Virus record (IMG/VR): IMGVR_UViG_3300002855_000001
Location: 1 to 64,000 of that record
Reading direction: 5' to 3' (one strand)
DNA length: 64,000 bases
Origin: a virus
Each line of letters opens with the position of its first letter. Within the stretch, counting starts at the first letter, position 1. The notes under the pieces were generated by a model. It was not told the DNA's origin. It saw nothing but the letters and a program-made list of their open reading frames with translations, and made no database searches. Of this stretch, positions 1-10,282 are shown in pieces. The position numbers were made by a program, and so were the translations under genes.

Positions 1-2
1 AC

Positions 3-227
3 ATGGATATCTCTCTTATGAAACTAGCTGTGCAGCGTCTAGGAGAAGGAAGCAAAATGATTATCGATGGCGATGATAAAGCGCAAGTTGACGATAAGGC
101 TTTTGCTGGCTCACGGAACGGAATGAAAAGATTGAGCAAAGTATTCCGTGGTGAAGATTTATACGGTGAAGTCGAATTTACTAAGATTTATCGTAGTAGG
201 GCAGCAGAAATAGCAGATAAAATGTAA
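3..227 (+). CDS. PhoH-like NTPase, C-terminal fragment (5' end outside window)
   Basis: ORF open from the window edge. GSKMIIDGDDKAQVD and the downstream pattern resemble the C-terminal part of PhoH-family proteins. Followed by a terminator at 264-291. Confidence 0.5.
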   Translation: MDISLMKLAVQRLGEGSKMIIDGDDKAQVDDKAFAGSRNGMKRLSKVFRGEDLYGEVEFTKIYRSRAAEIADKM

Positions 228-263
228 ATTTTAATTACTAAAAACTAAATAATAAATTTTACA

Positions 264-291
264 GTGGAGATACTTTTTCTCCACTTTTTTT
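264..291 (+). terminator. intrinsic terminator
   Basis: GTGGAGA/TCTCCAC 7-bp stem, 7-nt loop, then a run of 7 T. Confidence 0.7.
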
Positions 292-353
292 ATATGTCGA
301 GATATAGAAATATGGGAGAGTGGCGCACAGGGACTGCCACAAAGAGGTGAGAC

Positions 354-1568
354 ATGAAAAGCATTGATAGATTACCCAATGAAAATTTTAATGACTACCT
401 AATAAGACTAGGCAGTAACATGGAGATTTTAGATTTGAATTGGGTAAGAATAGCAGAAATATTGAATAAGCAACCAGAAATCGAAGAAGATTATTCTGAG
501 TCTAAATATAGAAAAGACTATGCTAGTTACATCAAGTGGAAGAAACACATAATTGAACATTTAGATGACAACGAATTACTCAAAGAAATCGAAGATAAAA
601 CTATTGACTTAAAAAAAGAAAGAGTAAAGCTTCAAAGTGAAAAAGTAGAATATAACAAATTAATTCGTGAACAGGCTAGAAATGAGCTGATAGAAGAGAA
701 AATAATTCAAGCTATCATTAATAGACCTAGTATTAGCGTTCCAAACATCCTTATTAAGAAACAAGAAGTTAAAAAAGATTATCTATTTCCTGTTGCCGAT
801 ATTCACTACTCTGCGGAGTTTACAGTCACTGGTTGGTTTGATGAGATATTAAACCAATACAGTCCTGAAATTGCTCAGAAACGCATGTGGAGTCTATTAG
901 AGCAGTTTGTACTGAGGAATGATCAGGATAAAATTAATCACGTTCACCTGTTTAATTTGGGCGATAGTCTAGACGGTATCTTGAGAATGAGTCAACTTCA
1001 ATGGATACGTTTGGGTAATGTTGATTCTGCTATAGAATTTGCTGAATTCATGTCTCAATGGCTCAACAAACTGTCAGAATACACTTTAATAGATTATTAT
1101 GCTACCGCAGGAAATCATACAGAATTACGTTTGTTAAACGGTCAACGTGGTGACTTCACTCATGAAAATATGGAGAAAGTAGTCTCTCATATTATAAAAA
1201 GCAATTTACAAAATAATGAAAGAATTAATATACATAATTGTAAGAATCACGTATATACCGACATCCTTGGAACAAAAGTGTTAGGTGTTCATGGTCACGA
1301 GGAGAAAAATTTAGAAAATAGCTTAATACAGTATTCGAAAGTTTATGGACATCATGTGGATTTAATGATCTCTGGACATTTACATCATTCACACGAAAAG
1401 ACGATAGGAATGAATGGTCAACGTGACATTAAATATGTCCAAGTACCTAGCATTGTGGGTATAGATGATTACTCTATGAAACTGAAAAAAACTTCCACTG
1501 CCGGAGCAAATTTAATGATAATCGAAGAAAATGTCGGCAGAACTGTGAATTATGAAATTAAATTATAA
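354..1568 (+). CDS. calcineurin-like metallophosphoesterase with N-terminal coiled-coil region
   Basis: SD AGAGGTGAG upstream of the ATG. Motifs LGDSLDG, AGNHTE, GVHGHEE and SGHLHHSH fit the metallophosphoesterase signature. Confidence 0.75.
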   Translation: MKSIDRLPNENFNDYLIRLGSNMEILDLNWVRIAEILNKQPEIEEDYSESKYRKDYASYIKWKKHIIEHLDDNELLKEIEDKTIDLKKERVKLQSEKVEYNKLIREQARNELIEEKIIQAIINRPSISVPNILIKKQEVKKDYLFPVADIHYSAEFTVTGWFDEILNQYSPEIAQKRMWSLLEQFVLRNDQDKINHVHLFNLGDSLDGILRMSQLQWIRLGNVDSAIEFAEFMSQWLNKLSEYTLIDYYATAGNHTELRLLNGQRGDFTHENMEKVVSHIIKSNLQNNERINIHNCKNHVYTDILGTKVLGVHGHEEKNLENSLIQYSKVYGHHVDLMISGHLHHSHEKTIGMNGQRDIKYVQVPSIVGIDDYSMKLKKTSTAGANLMIIEENVGRTVNYEIKL

Positions 1569-1649
1569 CCGAACACAAATCATAGATTAAGCAAAACAAT
1601 TAGAAGAGTTGCGTAGTAGCTCCGAATTTTGATGTAAGGAGATTTTAAT

Positions 1650-2291
1650 ATGAAGCATAAAAAACTTAAACTGTGTGAGCATTCTGCAACCAATGACGTG
1701 AATGAAGATGAGCAAACACTATCACCAGCATTTCTCGATCTAAATGAGTATCAAGAGTTATTCGAACATCAAAATCGTATTATACATATTAATTATGAAA
1801 TTGACGAATCTATATATGATTTAGTGACTAAAAAGATTCACATGTATAACCTAGAAGATGAAATGGCTGATATAGATATCGATGAACGATTACCAATTCA
1901 AATACACATTCATTCTGTTGGTGGAAGCCTTCTAGACGGATTGACAGCTGTTAACGCCATTGTATCTAGTAACACACCTGTATACACATATGCAGAATGT
2001 ACGGTGGCTTCAATGGCTTTTATGCTGTATATAGCAGGTCATTATCGCTTTGCACGTAGATTTAACGACTTCATGTATCATGATGTTTCTTTTGGTACTG
2101 AGGGTACTATCACCGATATTAAACGTGGTACAGACCATATTATAAAACTACGTGATATTTGCGATGATTTTATTATCGAACGTACTAATATTACTATTTC
2201 ACAATTAGATGAAGTCTTAAACAGCAATAAAGATTGGCACTTTTTCAGCGAGGAAGCATTGGAGCTAGGTGTGTGTCACGAAATTATCTAA
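1650..2291 (+). CDS. ClpP-like (S14-type) serine protease
   Basis: SD AAGGAG. HSVGGSLLDG, VASMAF (Ser) and FMYHD (His) align by eye with the ClpP motifs INSPGG / AASMG / HQP. Confidence 0.65.
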   Translation: MKHKKLKLCEHSATNDVNEDEQTLSPAFLDLNEYQELFEHQNRIIHINYEIDESIYDLVTKKIHMYNLEDEMADIDIDERLPIQIHIHSVGGSLLDGLTAVNAIVSSNTPVYTYAECTVASMAFMLYIAGHYRFARRFNDFMYHDVSFGTEGTITDIKRGTDHIIKLRDICDDFIIERTNITISQLDEVLNSNKDWHFFSEEALELGVCHEII

Positions 2292-2307
2292 AATATTCGA
2301 ACAATTG

Positions 2308-2333
2308 AGCCTAAACTTATGTTTGGGCTTTTT
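2308..2333 (+). terminator. intrinsic terminator after ClpP-like gene
   Basis: AGCCTAAAC/GTTTGGGCT stem (one G-U), loop TTAT, then TTTT. Confidence 0.6.
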
Positions 2334-2382
2334 CGTTTGCATATTTTTGCAAAACTGCAAGTTTGTATCTGCTTGAAGAACA

Positions 2383-3699
2383 GTGATAGTGATGCAGCCA
2401 CTCTCCCTAGCTGCATCCTCCTTGCTTTTATTAATTTACGAAGGGAGACATAGAAATTTGACAAGAAGAAAATTTAATTTACCAACTAACGATGATAAAA
2501 AAAATGAAAAAATACTAAAAACAGTAAAAATTACTTGCACTGGAACATGTGGCAAAGAAAAAGCCCCATCACAGTTTTATATAAGTTCTAATCCTTTATA
2601 TAAAAGCACTGGAAGATTTCCTGTTTGCAAGACTTGTATCACAGACAGGCTTCCAGATTATCGAGTAAACCAGCAAAGTGACTTATATAAAGTAATTCAA
2701 GACAGGGGCTTCGTAACTTCTGTTTTGGGGTTACTAAAATCCATGAACTATCCTTTTTTACTTAAACAGTGGACTACTGCGATAAACGAAGCAGAAAAGA
2801 ATGGAAAGCATGTATTCGGCCTGTATATGAAGCACCTTGCTCAAGTTAAAGAATCTCTCACATATGACGATGGTGAAGTTAATTTATCATCAGATGACAT
2901 ATGTAAACTAAGCATTAATCGTGGTATGACACCTTCTACTCTTGAGGATGAAAAGAAAGAAGAAAAGAAAAAAGCAAAAAAAGACAATTTGAAATTTGAT
3001 GATAGCGAGTTAACGATAACTGACGAAGATTTAGAACTACAAAAAGATATTATTAGGTTGCTTGGGTATGATCCTTTCGTTGAGTACTCAGGCTTTGATA
3101 GAAAACAAATGTACCAAGATATAATCCCATATTTAGACGAGGATACACTAGAAGACCAGTTTTTAATATCGATAGTGACTCAAATTGTAAAAAGCAATCA
3201 TCAGATTAAAAAGGTAGATGACGCTATTGCAACATTAGGTTCAACTGTTGAAGATTTGAAGATAAATAGTGTTGAAATAGATAGACTCACAAAAATCAAA
3301 AAAATTTTACAAGAATCAGTCAATACAATAGCAAAAGAGAATAGCATAGCAGTTAAACACAGAAGCGACTCAGGATTAAAAAAAAGTACACTCGGATATA
3401 AAATGAAACATTATCGTGAACTAGGGTTCAAAGATGCCGAGGAAAATTTTTATGATATGAACACCTCCAGAGGTATGCAAATATCGTCTGACATAAGTGT
3501 AAAATCAATATTTAATCAGTTGAAGCTAACGGAAAGTGACTATGCTGATATTATTCAAAAGCAAACACAGGATTGTCTTCAATTAAACAACAAGGTGTTA
3601 GAACTTGAAGAAGAAATTAGAGTTTACAACGTAATAATCGATGCTTATGTTGCAGAATACGGAAAAAACAAAGAGTTGATTGAATATGAAGAAAAATAA
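2383..3699 (+). CDS. Zn-ribbon protein, possible small terminase / DNA-recognition subunit
   Basis: CTGTCGKEK...CKTC zinc ribbon, Lys/Glu-rich linker, helical C-terminus. The 3' end overlaps the terL start by 20 nt. The true start may be TTG 2458 (SD GAAGGGAG at 2440-2447), because the first 25 codons look non-coding. Confidence 0.35.
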   Translation: MIVMQPLSLAASSLLLLIYEGRHRNLTRRKFNLPTNDDKKNEKILKTVKITCTGTCGKEKAPSQFYISSNPLYKSTGRFPVCKTCITDRLPDYRVNQQSDLYKVIQDRGFVTSVLGLLKSMNYPFLLKQWTTAINEAEKNGKHVFGLYMKHLAQVKESLTYDDGEVNLSSDDICKLSINRGMTPSTLEDEKKEEKKKAKKDNLKFDDSELTITDEDLELQKDIIRLLGYDPFVEYSGFDRKQMYQDIIPYLDEDTLEDQFLISIVTQIVKSNHQIKKVDDAIATLGSTVEDLKINSVEIDRLTKIKKILQESVNTIAKENSIAVKHRSDSGLKKSTLGYKMKHYRELGFKDAEENFYDMNTSRGMQISSDISVKSIFNQLKLTESDYADIIQKQTQDCLQLNNKVLELEEEIRVYNVIIDAYVAEYGKNKELIEYEEK

Positions 3700-5515
3700 A
3701 AAAGATATGGCAATCCTAAGTGCCAGAAAAAAAGAATTGTTTAGCTTAGATGCATCCATAATTCAGTTTTGGAGAAGAAATCCTGTCATAGCATGTAAAG
3801 ACTTACTTGGGATTGAACTTTTAGATGCTCAAAAATACATACTTATGGAATCATGGACTAAGCCTTATGCTCTATGGTGTTGTTCTCGAAACTTTGGTAA
3901 AAGCTTGTTAGGTGCAGTTTACATGATGCTCAAATTTCTATTATTTGAAAATCAAAAGATTTATATAGTTGCACCAGCAGGTTCACAATCTCAAGAAACT
4001 TTCAAAAAAATTGAGGATATAGCAAAGAAGAATATCAACTCGATGCCTGATATTGAGGACATATTTTTAAGTGAAGTAGTAACAAATCATAGTAATAAAA
4101 CTGGTTTCGTACATAATCCTGCGAGCTTTACGGTAGCTGGTCACAGTGGTAGTAGGATAAATTCATTGAATGGTAACTACAACAACAATAGATCGAAAAG
4201 GTCTAGTCTGGTATTTTTTGATGAAATAGGCTTTGCCTCTGATGAGCAAATCATGGTAGCAGAAGCATTTGGTGCTCAAAATAGTGATTTCATTATGTCT
4301 ACAAAAGAAAACTTCAACTTAAAATCATTATTTAAGAAAACACCTACTCAGTTGATATATGCTTCATCTGCAAGCTCAACTGATACTTATTTTTATAAAA
4401 AGTACAAAGAGTTTGCTAAAAATATGATTGCAGGAGACAGAAGATATTTCGTTGCTGACATACCTTGTACAATTCCACTCAATCCATTGAAAAATGGAAA
4501 ACCTTTCCCACCTTTGTTGAAGCAAGAACAGGTAGATGACGCAATAGCACAATCACCTGAAAAGGGGCGTAGAGAATATTACAATGAATTCTCTGCTGAT
4601 GGTGGAGATGCACAACCAATCAAAAGACATGTTGTTCTAAGAAACTCAACTAACGTCTTACCTGTTATGTTTAATGAAAATAATAAAGATAAATTCATCT
4701 TTGCATTCGACCCTGCACGTACCTATGATAACTCTATTTGCAGTGTTATGAGAATAGCGCATGATGAAAAAGTAGGGTACTACGGTGAAGTGGTCAATTG
4801 CGTGAGTTTCGTCGATGTTGCGAAAAAGAAGAAAACTCCTATGAAAACACCAGATCAAGTGAAGTACTTCAAAAGAATGCTACTTGACTACAATGGAAAC
4901 AAAAGTCCTGACTATGAAAACATCCTATCTGTGTTAATAGATAGTGGTGCAGGTGGCGGTGGCATTCCGTTGGCAGATGGCTTGCTTGAGGAGTGGAAAG
5001 GTGATGACGGTGAAAAACACAAAGGTCTAATTGACTTAAATCACGAACAATACACCAATGAAAAAAACAACTATCCTGATGCCGTGGGAATTGTACAGTT
5101 AATAAGTCCTAAAAAATACAAAGTACAGATGGTAGAAGAGTTAATTCAATTGCTTAATCTTGATTTAATCAAATTTCCTCAGAACTACGATGGAAAAGAT
5201 TATATAAATATTACTGTTGGTGAGAACTTGGACTATGAAGAATATAAATTGTCCATGGAAGAGCAAATTGCTTTAACTAACATTGATGTCATGAAAGAAG
5301 AGTCTTTTGCTATACGAGAAACTAAAAGCGGTAACAACGTAAGTTACGATCTACCTAAAGACAAGCAAAGCACCATGGGAGATGATAGGTTTTACACCCT
5401 TCTAATGTTGGCACACTTTTTAACTCAATTAAGACGCAAAGATGCTATAAATAAACCAAAACCCAAACAGGATTGGTCTAAAGCTCCTATATTCGTATCT
5501 AAGATTTCATTTTAG
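3680..5515 (+). CDS. terL: terminase large subunit
   Basis: Walker A SRNFGKS, Walker B LVFFDEIG, and C-terminal nuclease-type acidic motifs FAFDPAR and VLIDSGAGGGG. Confidence 0.85.
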   Translation: MNMKKNKKDMAILSARKKELFSLDASIIQFWRRNPVIACKDLLGIELLDAQKYILMESWTKPYALWCCSRNFGKSLLGAVYMMLKFLLFENQKIYIVAPAGSQSQETFKKIEDIAKKNINSMPDIEDIFLSEVVTNHSNKTGFVHNPASFTVAGHSGSRINSLNGNYNNNRSKRSSLVFFDEIGFASDEQIMVAEAFGAQNSDFIMSTKENFNLKSLFKKTPTQLIYASSASSTDTYFYKKYKEFAKNMIAGDRRYFVADIPCTIPLNPLKNGKPFPPLLKQEQVDDAIAQSPEKGRREYYNEFSADGGDAQPIKRHVVLRNSTNVLPVMFNENNKDKFIFAFDPARTYDNSICSVMRIAHDEKVGYYGEVVNCVSFVDVAKKKKTPMKTPDQVKYFKRMLLDYNGNKSPDYENILSVLIDSGAGGGGIPLADGLLEEWKGDDGEKHKGLIDLNHEQYTNEKNNYPDAVGIVQLISPKKYKVQMVEELIQLLNLDLIKFPQNYDGKDYINITVGENLDYEEYKLSMEEQIALTNIDVMKEESFAIRETKSGNNVSYDLPKDKQSTMGDDRFYTLLMLAHFLTQLRRKDAINKPKPKQDWSKAPIFVSKISF

Positions 5516-5539
5516 CAGAAAGGAAGGTGAGTAAACTAG

Positions 5540-7150
5540 GTGAGCAGTGAAAAAGAGAATTTTCAAGTTCTAATAAGTAGTACCGATGACGATTCTACAG
5601 ATGTGATTACAACTATGGAAGGCATTGATTACAATAAAATACTGAGCGCAGCTTGGGATAGATATACAAATAAAAATGGTCATGTGTATTCAGTAATTCC
5701 TAAAGATAATTTCATAGGAAAGTCTGACTTAACAGATGATGAGTATGCACGATTGTCCAAAGACGCTCAATCGAATCTCGCTAGTATATTGAGAATCAAT
5801 CAGCTTTCAAGACAATTTATAAATAAAGACGACTTAATTGGTAAGGTTTATGAAATCATAGGTAGTAATGTAAACAGTAACGTTAGACTTTCGTATGAAG
5901 TTGATAAAACTCTTTCTAACTATGAACAAACAATAGAAAAAGCTAAAAAGATAATCAGTGATTTTAATAAAAAAGTAAAAATTGATAGATTTATTAGAGA
6001 TTCTATACCAATGACATATGCTGAAGGGAACTATGTTTCCTATCTACGTGGCAACAAGTCAACAGGATACTCTATTGATTATTACCCTCTAGGACTCTCT
6101 ATAATTAGTGACTATGAGATAAACGGAGAACCTGTTGTTCTACTTGATTTGAAATATCTAGAATCTGCATTGCAGAAAACAATGGTTAAGACTAAAAAAG
6201 GTAAAGCTTATTTCTTCAATAAAACAGCAGAAGAGATTCAGAAGAGTTATCCTGTAGAAGTTCATAAAGATTATATTAACAAAGAGATTTATTCCAAATT
6301 AGACACCGAAAGAAGCGGTGTTATTAGAATAAACAATCTAAAAAGGAAATATGGTCTAACACCTATTTTTCGCACACTTAAGTCTGCTGGAATGTTAGAA
6401 ATGTACGAGAAAGCAGATAAGCTAAACGCTAGTGCCGTTTCTAAAAAAATCATTATGCAAAAGCTTCATAAGGAGATTATGGGTGATAGTTTTAATGATA
6501 TGGCTTTGGATAAAATGGCTTATGCGCACGAAGCTTTTATTCAGGCATTTAATAATGAAGTCGTTATCTATACAGCTCCACCGTTTGTTGAAGACTTAAA
6601 ATATATTGAGCCAAAAGTAGAAACAAATAATACCAACCAGATTAAGTTGTACCGCAATAAAACTATGACTGCTTTGGGTATTGCGTTTGTTAACAATGAA
6701 ACAGCTCAAACATTCACAGTTGCAAATATATCTATTGCGGAACTATTGAAAGTTATAAATAAGATTTCCGAGCAGGTTGAGAGTTGTATTGAAAAATGGT
6801 ACGAAGTTGTTTTGCGTGAGAATGGAATAGGTTCTGAGTATGTACCAAAGGTTAAAATTATTGATTCAGAAACTTTCAGTAACGATGTAAAAGTACAATT
6901 GGTAGAAGTATTATTCTCAAAAATGAATATGAGTTATAAAACAGCGTTTGAATTACTAGGGTACAGCCTAGAAGAAGAAGTTCAAAGGCGCAGAGAAGAG
7001 AAAGATAACGGTGTCGATGAAGTCTTTACACCTAGATTAAATGCCTACACTGCTTCAGGAGATATTGTTGACAACAACGGTGGTAGACCAGTAGATAACA
7101 ATAATCCAGACAAGCAGAATGAAGACCAAGACAGACGAAAAGCACAATAA
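5540..7150 (+). CDS. portal protein (by size and position)
   Basis: 536 aa directly downstream of terL, with an acidic, low-complexity C-terminal tail. No family motif recognised by eye. Confidence 0.55.
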   Translation: MSSEKENFQVLISSTDDDSTDVITTMEGIDYNKILSAAWDRYTNKNGHVYSVIPKDNFIGKSDLTDDEYARLSKDAQSNLASILRINQLSRQFINKDDLIGKVYEIIGSNVNSNVRLSYEVDKTLSNYEQTIEKAKKIISDFNKKVKIDRFIRDSIPMTYAEGNYVSYLRGNKSTGYSIDYYPLGLSIISDYEINGEPVVLLDLKYLESALQKTMVKTKKGKAYFFNKTAEEIQKSYPVEVHKDYINKEIYSKLDTERSGVIRINNLKRKYGLTPIFRTLKSAGMLEMYEKADKLNASAVSKKIIMQKLHKEIMGDSFNDMALDKMAYAHEAFIQAFNNEVVIYTAPPFVEDLKYIEPKVETNNTNQIKLYRNKTMTALGIAFVNNETAQTFTVANISIAELLKVINKISEQVESCIEKWYEVVLRENGIGSEYVPKVKIIDSETFSNDVKVQLVEVLFSKMNMSYKTAFELLGYSLEEEVQRRREEKDNGVDEVFTPRLNAYTASGDIVDNNGGRPVDNNNPDKQNEDQDRRKAQ

Positions 7151-7194
7151 TATATAAATTTTATTACTACTCTTGAAAGGTGGTGAAGAAGAAA

Positions 7195-8682
7195 ATGGGA
7201 GATATATTAAAGTTAAATAGTCCGATTCAGATTTCAGGTCTTGATGATGACAAACCTTATATTGAATTAACCACCCGATTATGTTGGCTAGATTATGCGA
7301 ATTTGAATGGTGTAGGCTTGGCTTCTGGTAGCGAAGATAGTTACAAATCGCTAGAGGGTATGCCTGTTGTCGCTAAAATTAATGCATCTGGTAATAGTTT
7401 TGGAAGTCATGAAGTAGCGATTGATGATAAAGGTAAATTTATTTTTAACACAAGCGCATATGGTGTACACACTGAAGTTTGGCAAGCTGATGACACGGTT
7501 GATATTCCAGACGTTGGACAAGTAACAGTACCATGTCTGTTTGCAAAAAGTCGAATTTGGAAGAGGTTTAGTTCAGTTGTCAATCTAATCGCAAATAAAA
7601 TGACTGATCCTGACAAGTATAATGGTGGGCTTTGGTCGTCATGGGAACTTCAAGGTGGCGATTACACCACAAATGAAAAAAATCAAAAAATTTATTCTAC
7701 ATACACGTTCTTATCAAATTGTTTAATCGATGTTCCTCCTGCGTATGGTGAGGCATCTAAGACACTGCTAGTAGCTTCTGAGGACTTTGAAAAGCAAATG
7801 GAAGCTGCTTATAGAAGTGATATTGAATTAAGTAACAAGGAGGAAGAAAATAAATTGGGCAAAACAAACGAACAATCTGCTTTAACAACCTATGATTTGC
7901 GTAAAAAGATTAAAGCATCATTAAATAAAAATGGATACAATAGCAACCCTTACTACTATCTTTGGGAGTTGTATCCTACTGAACAAAAAGTATTGGCATA
8001 CAACGAATATCGTGAGTCAGAAGATGACTATGTAGTGGTGTCCTACTCTGTTGAAAACGACGAAGTCACAATTGGTGAAGTTAAAGAAAGAAAACTTAGC
8101 GATCTAATTGCTGAATACAAAATGTATACACCTGAGCAATCATCTGTAAATGTAAACATCAATGTTGAGGACACAGCTAAACTTATTGCTGAAAAGGAAG
8201 CAGAGATTAAGGAACTTAGCGCAAAAATCAAAACACTAACTTCGGAGGCTTCAGAAAAAGACGATAAACTTATCAAAGCAGGTCAAACAATTGTTGAGTT
8301 ACAAGCATCTGTGGATGAATTAACACCATTCAAGGTTAAGGCTGATGAGTTAGCACAAGCAGAACAAGAGCGTCTTGATGAGCAAAAACGTCAGGAGTTA
8401 AAAGAAATCGCTTCTAATAGTGGCTACTTTACAGAAGAAGAGCTGGAAACATCAGAAGAATTGCAAAAACTAATTAGTGAAAAGGATGAAAATGGTCTAA
8501 AGCTAATGATTGCTGAAAAGGTTATTTCTGGCGCAACACCAGTTAAAAAAGTAGGTAAGAACGCTGACGGTGAAGATAGTTTAATCACTTCTTCAAAAGA
8601 TGAAACACTTAGCACAACTACTCTGAATGACAATAACTATCTCGATTTTAAGTCAGTGATGAGTACTTTTCTTAATAAATAA
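7195..8682 (+). CDS. scaffolding protein (N-terminal domain possibly prohead protease)
   Basis: The C-terminal half is a Glu/Lys-rich coiled coil (AEKEAEIKELSAKIKTL...). It lies between the portal and capsid genes. The track ORF starts at GTG 7180 inside the SD AAAGGTGGTG, so ATG 7195 is preferred. Confidence 0.45.
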   Translation: MGDILKLNSPIQISGLDDDKPYIELTTRLCWLDYANLNGVGLASGSEDSYKSLEGMPVVAKINASGNSFGSHEVAIDDKGKFIFNTSAYGVHTEVWQADDTVDIPDVGQVTVPCLFAKSRIWKRFSSVVNLIANKMTDPDKYNGGLWSSWELQGGDYTTNEKNQKIYSTYTFLSNCLIDVPPAYGEASKTLLVASEDFEKQMEAAYRSDIELSNKEEENKLGKTNEQSALTTYDLRKKIKASLNKNGYNSNPYYYLWELYPTEQKVLAYNEYRESEDDYVVVSYSVENDEVTIGEVKERKLSDLIAEYKMYTPEQSSVNVNINVEDTAKLIAEKEAEIKELSAKIKTLTSEASEKDDKLIKAGQTIVELQASVDELTPFKVKADELAQAEQERLDEQKRQELKEIASNSGYFTEEELETSEELQKLISEKDENGLKLMIAEKVISGATPVKKVGKNADGEDSLITSSKDETLSTTTLNDNNYLDFKSVMSTFLNK

Positions 8683-8720
8683 TATATAAAAACTAAACAA
8701 AATTTGGAGGAATTAATAAT

Positions 8721-9176
8721 ATGTTACGTCAATTACAACATGTATCTGGTAAAAACGTAGATGCATCATTCAAGTCTGAAGTTAAAACGGTTCGTGGTCG
8801 CCTAGTTCAAAAAGATCAAAAAAATAAAACATTCAAACTTGCTACTTCTCAAGAGGGAGTTTATTTCCTAGATAAAGAACAAATCCCAAGTGGCATTAAT
8901 GTAATTTTCAACAACATGAGCGACTATCATGAGAACTTTGAAGTTGTTTCACAAGATGAGTTCGCACTATTGGTAGCACCACTAAAAGGTGAACGCTACG
9001 CTACTTCTGAATTTGTAGAAGTAGGACTTGTAGAAGGTGACTACCTAACTATTGAAACTGCTGGTGGTGACGATCAAGGTAAACTTAAGAAACTTGATAC
9101 TGGTACTAGTCAATTTGTTTACGGTGGCATTCACAATGACAATGGCAATGAACTAGCAATCGTTGAAATCGTTTAA
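8721..9176 (+). CDS. hypothetical head-module protein (possible decoration protein)
   Basis: SD GGAGG at 8706-8710. 151 aa between the scaffold and capsid genes. Confidence 0.7.
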   Translation: MLRQLQHVSGKNVDASFKSEVKTVRGRLVQKDQKNKTFKLATSQEGVYFLDKEQIPSGINVIFNNMSDYHENFEVVSQDEFALLVAPLKGERYATSEFVEVGLVEGDYLTIETAGGDDQGKLKKLDTGTSQFVYGGIHNDNGNELAIVEIV

Positions 9177-9226
9177 TAAAAACTAATATATAAAATTTTA
9201 CATAAAAGAAAGAGGTTAATATATTT

Positions 9227-10213
9227 ATGAATACTGAAATTTCAGCTTTAATGAGTCAAGATGGTAAGATGTATGAATGGGCAGAAAAAGTCCAATACAA
9301 GCAAGTCCTAGATGCAGAGGACAAAGAAATCTCCCAAGTTGTCGATGCTTGGGCGAAAGAAATTGGTAAAACAGGTCGTGACAACGAAGGTCAAATCGCA
9401 GCATTTATTCAACGTGTAATTGAACCTGAGATTTACAACGCACCAAACGAAATTCTTGATCTTCTTTTCAACCGTGGCTCTCTAGGTGAGTTTGACACTA
9501 AGATTTATGATGTTGCACCGAAAAATACATTGGTTGTTCATGAAGCAGCTAAAGGTGGTACTGTAGATAAGTCCTTTATCGATATTGGTCATGCTACACC
9601 TACACACCGTCACTTCCAAATTGATACAGAACTTCGTTATTCCGATCTTCGCAGAGATGGTTTCAAAACAATTGCTCGTCTAACTACATATTCTCGTGAA
9701 GCACTTCTTAATAAATTGTTCTATGATGTTTTTGGGAAAGTAGATGCACTTATCGCTGGTGGAGATCAGTTGATCAATGAAACTTCCGCAAATCCTACTA
9801 TGGCTTCAATGGACAAACTAGCAAGCTACCTCAATGATCGTGCGGAGTCTCCTATCGCTATCACTTTGTCTAAATATGCTACAGCTATCGGCTCTATGAG
9901 TGGCTTCAATGCATATATGACAGAAGACATGAAAGGTAAACTAAATCGTACTGGTATCATTGATGTGTACAAAGGTATTCAAATTGGACAAATCTCTGGT
10001 GCTCACAAACTAGCTGATGGTGGCTTGTTGCTACCTGACAAGCGTATTTTCGGTATTGCTGGTAAAATCGGTGATCTTGACATGCGTGGAGAACTTCGTG
10101 TGTATGAAGACTTTGACAACAAAAATGAAAAAGTCGAAATCAAAGTTACTGGCTTTGAATACGATGTTGCGTTTACAGATACAGAGAAAATTGCAAAAAT
10201 TGTACTTGCTTAA
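9227..10213 (+). CDS. major capsid protein (by position and size)
   Basis: 328 aa, SD AAAGAGG. Follows the scaffold/decoration genes and is followed by a strong terminator, as expected for a highly expressed head gene. Confidence 0.6.
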   Translation: MNTEISALMSQDGKMYEWAEKVQYKQVLDAEDKEISQVVDAWAKEIGKTGRDNEGQIAAFIQRVIEPEIYNAPNEILDLLFNRGSLGEFDTKIYDVAPKNTLVVHEAAKGGTVDKSFIDIGHATPTHRHFQIDTELRYSDLRRDGFKTIARLTTYSREALLNKLFYDVFGKVDALIAGGDQLINETSANPTMASMDKLASYLNDRAESPIAITLSKYATAIGSMSGFNAYMTEDMKGKLNRTGIIDVYKGIQIGQISGAHKLADGGLLLPDKRIFGIAGKIGDLDMRGELRVYEDFDNKNEKVEIKVTGFEYDVAFTDTEKIAKIVLA

Positions 10214-10231
10214 TAAATAATATTATATAAA

Positions 10232-10263
10232 AGAGGGGAATAATTATTCCTCTCTTATTTTTT
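10232..10263 (+). terminator. intrinsic terminator after capsid gene
   Basis: AGAGGGGAAT...ATTCCTCTCT stem (one G-U) followed by a T-rich run. Confidence 0.65.
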
Positions 10264-10282
10264 ACAAAAGGGAGAGAATAAA

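Noticed and set aside
2334-2382. TTGCA/TGCAA-containing tract upstream of the putative small terminase as a pac or cos site
   Set aside because: There are only three short TGCA-containing motifs. No extended repeat or bent-DNA pattern is verifiable by eye. Packaging-site assignment needs terminus mapping.
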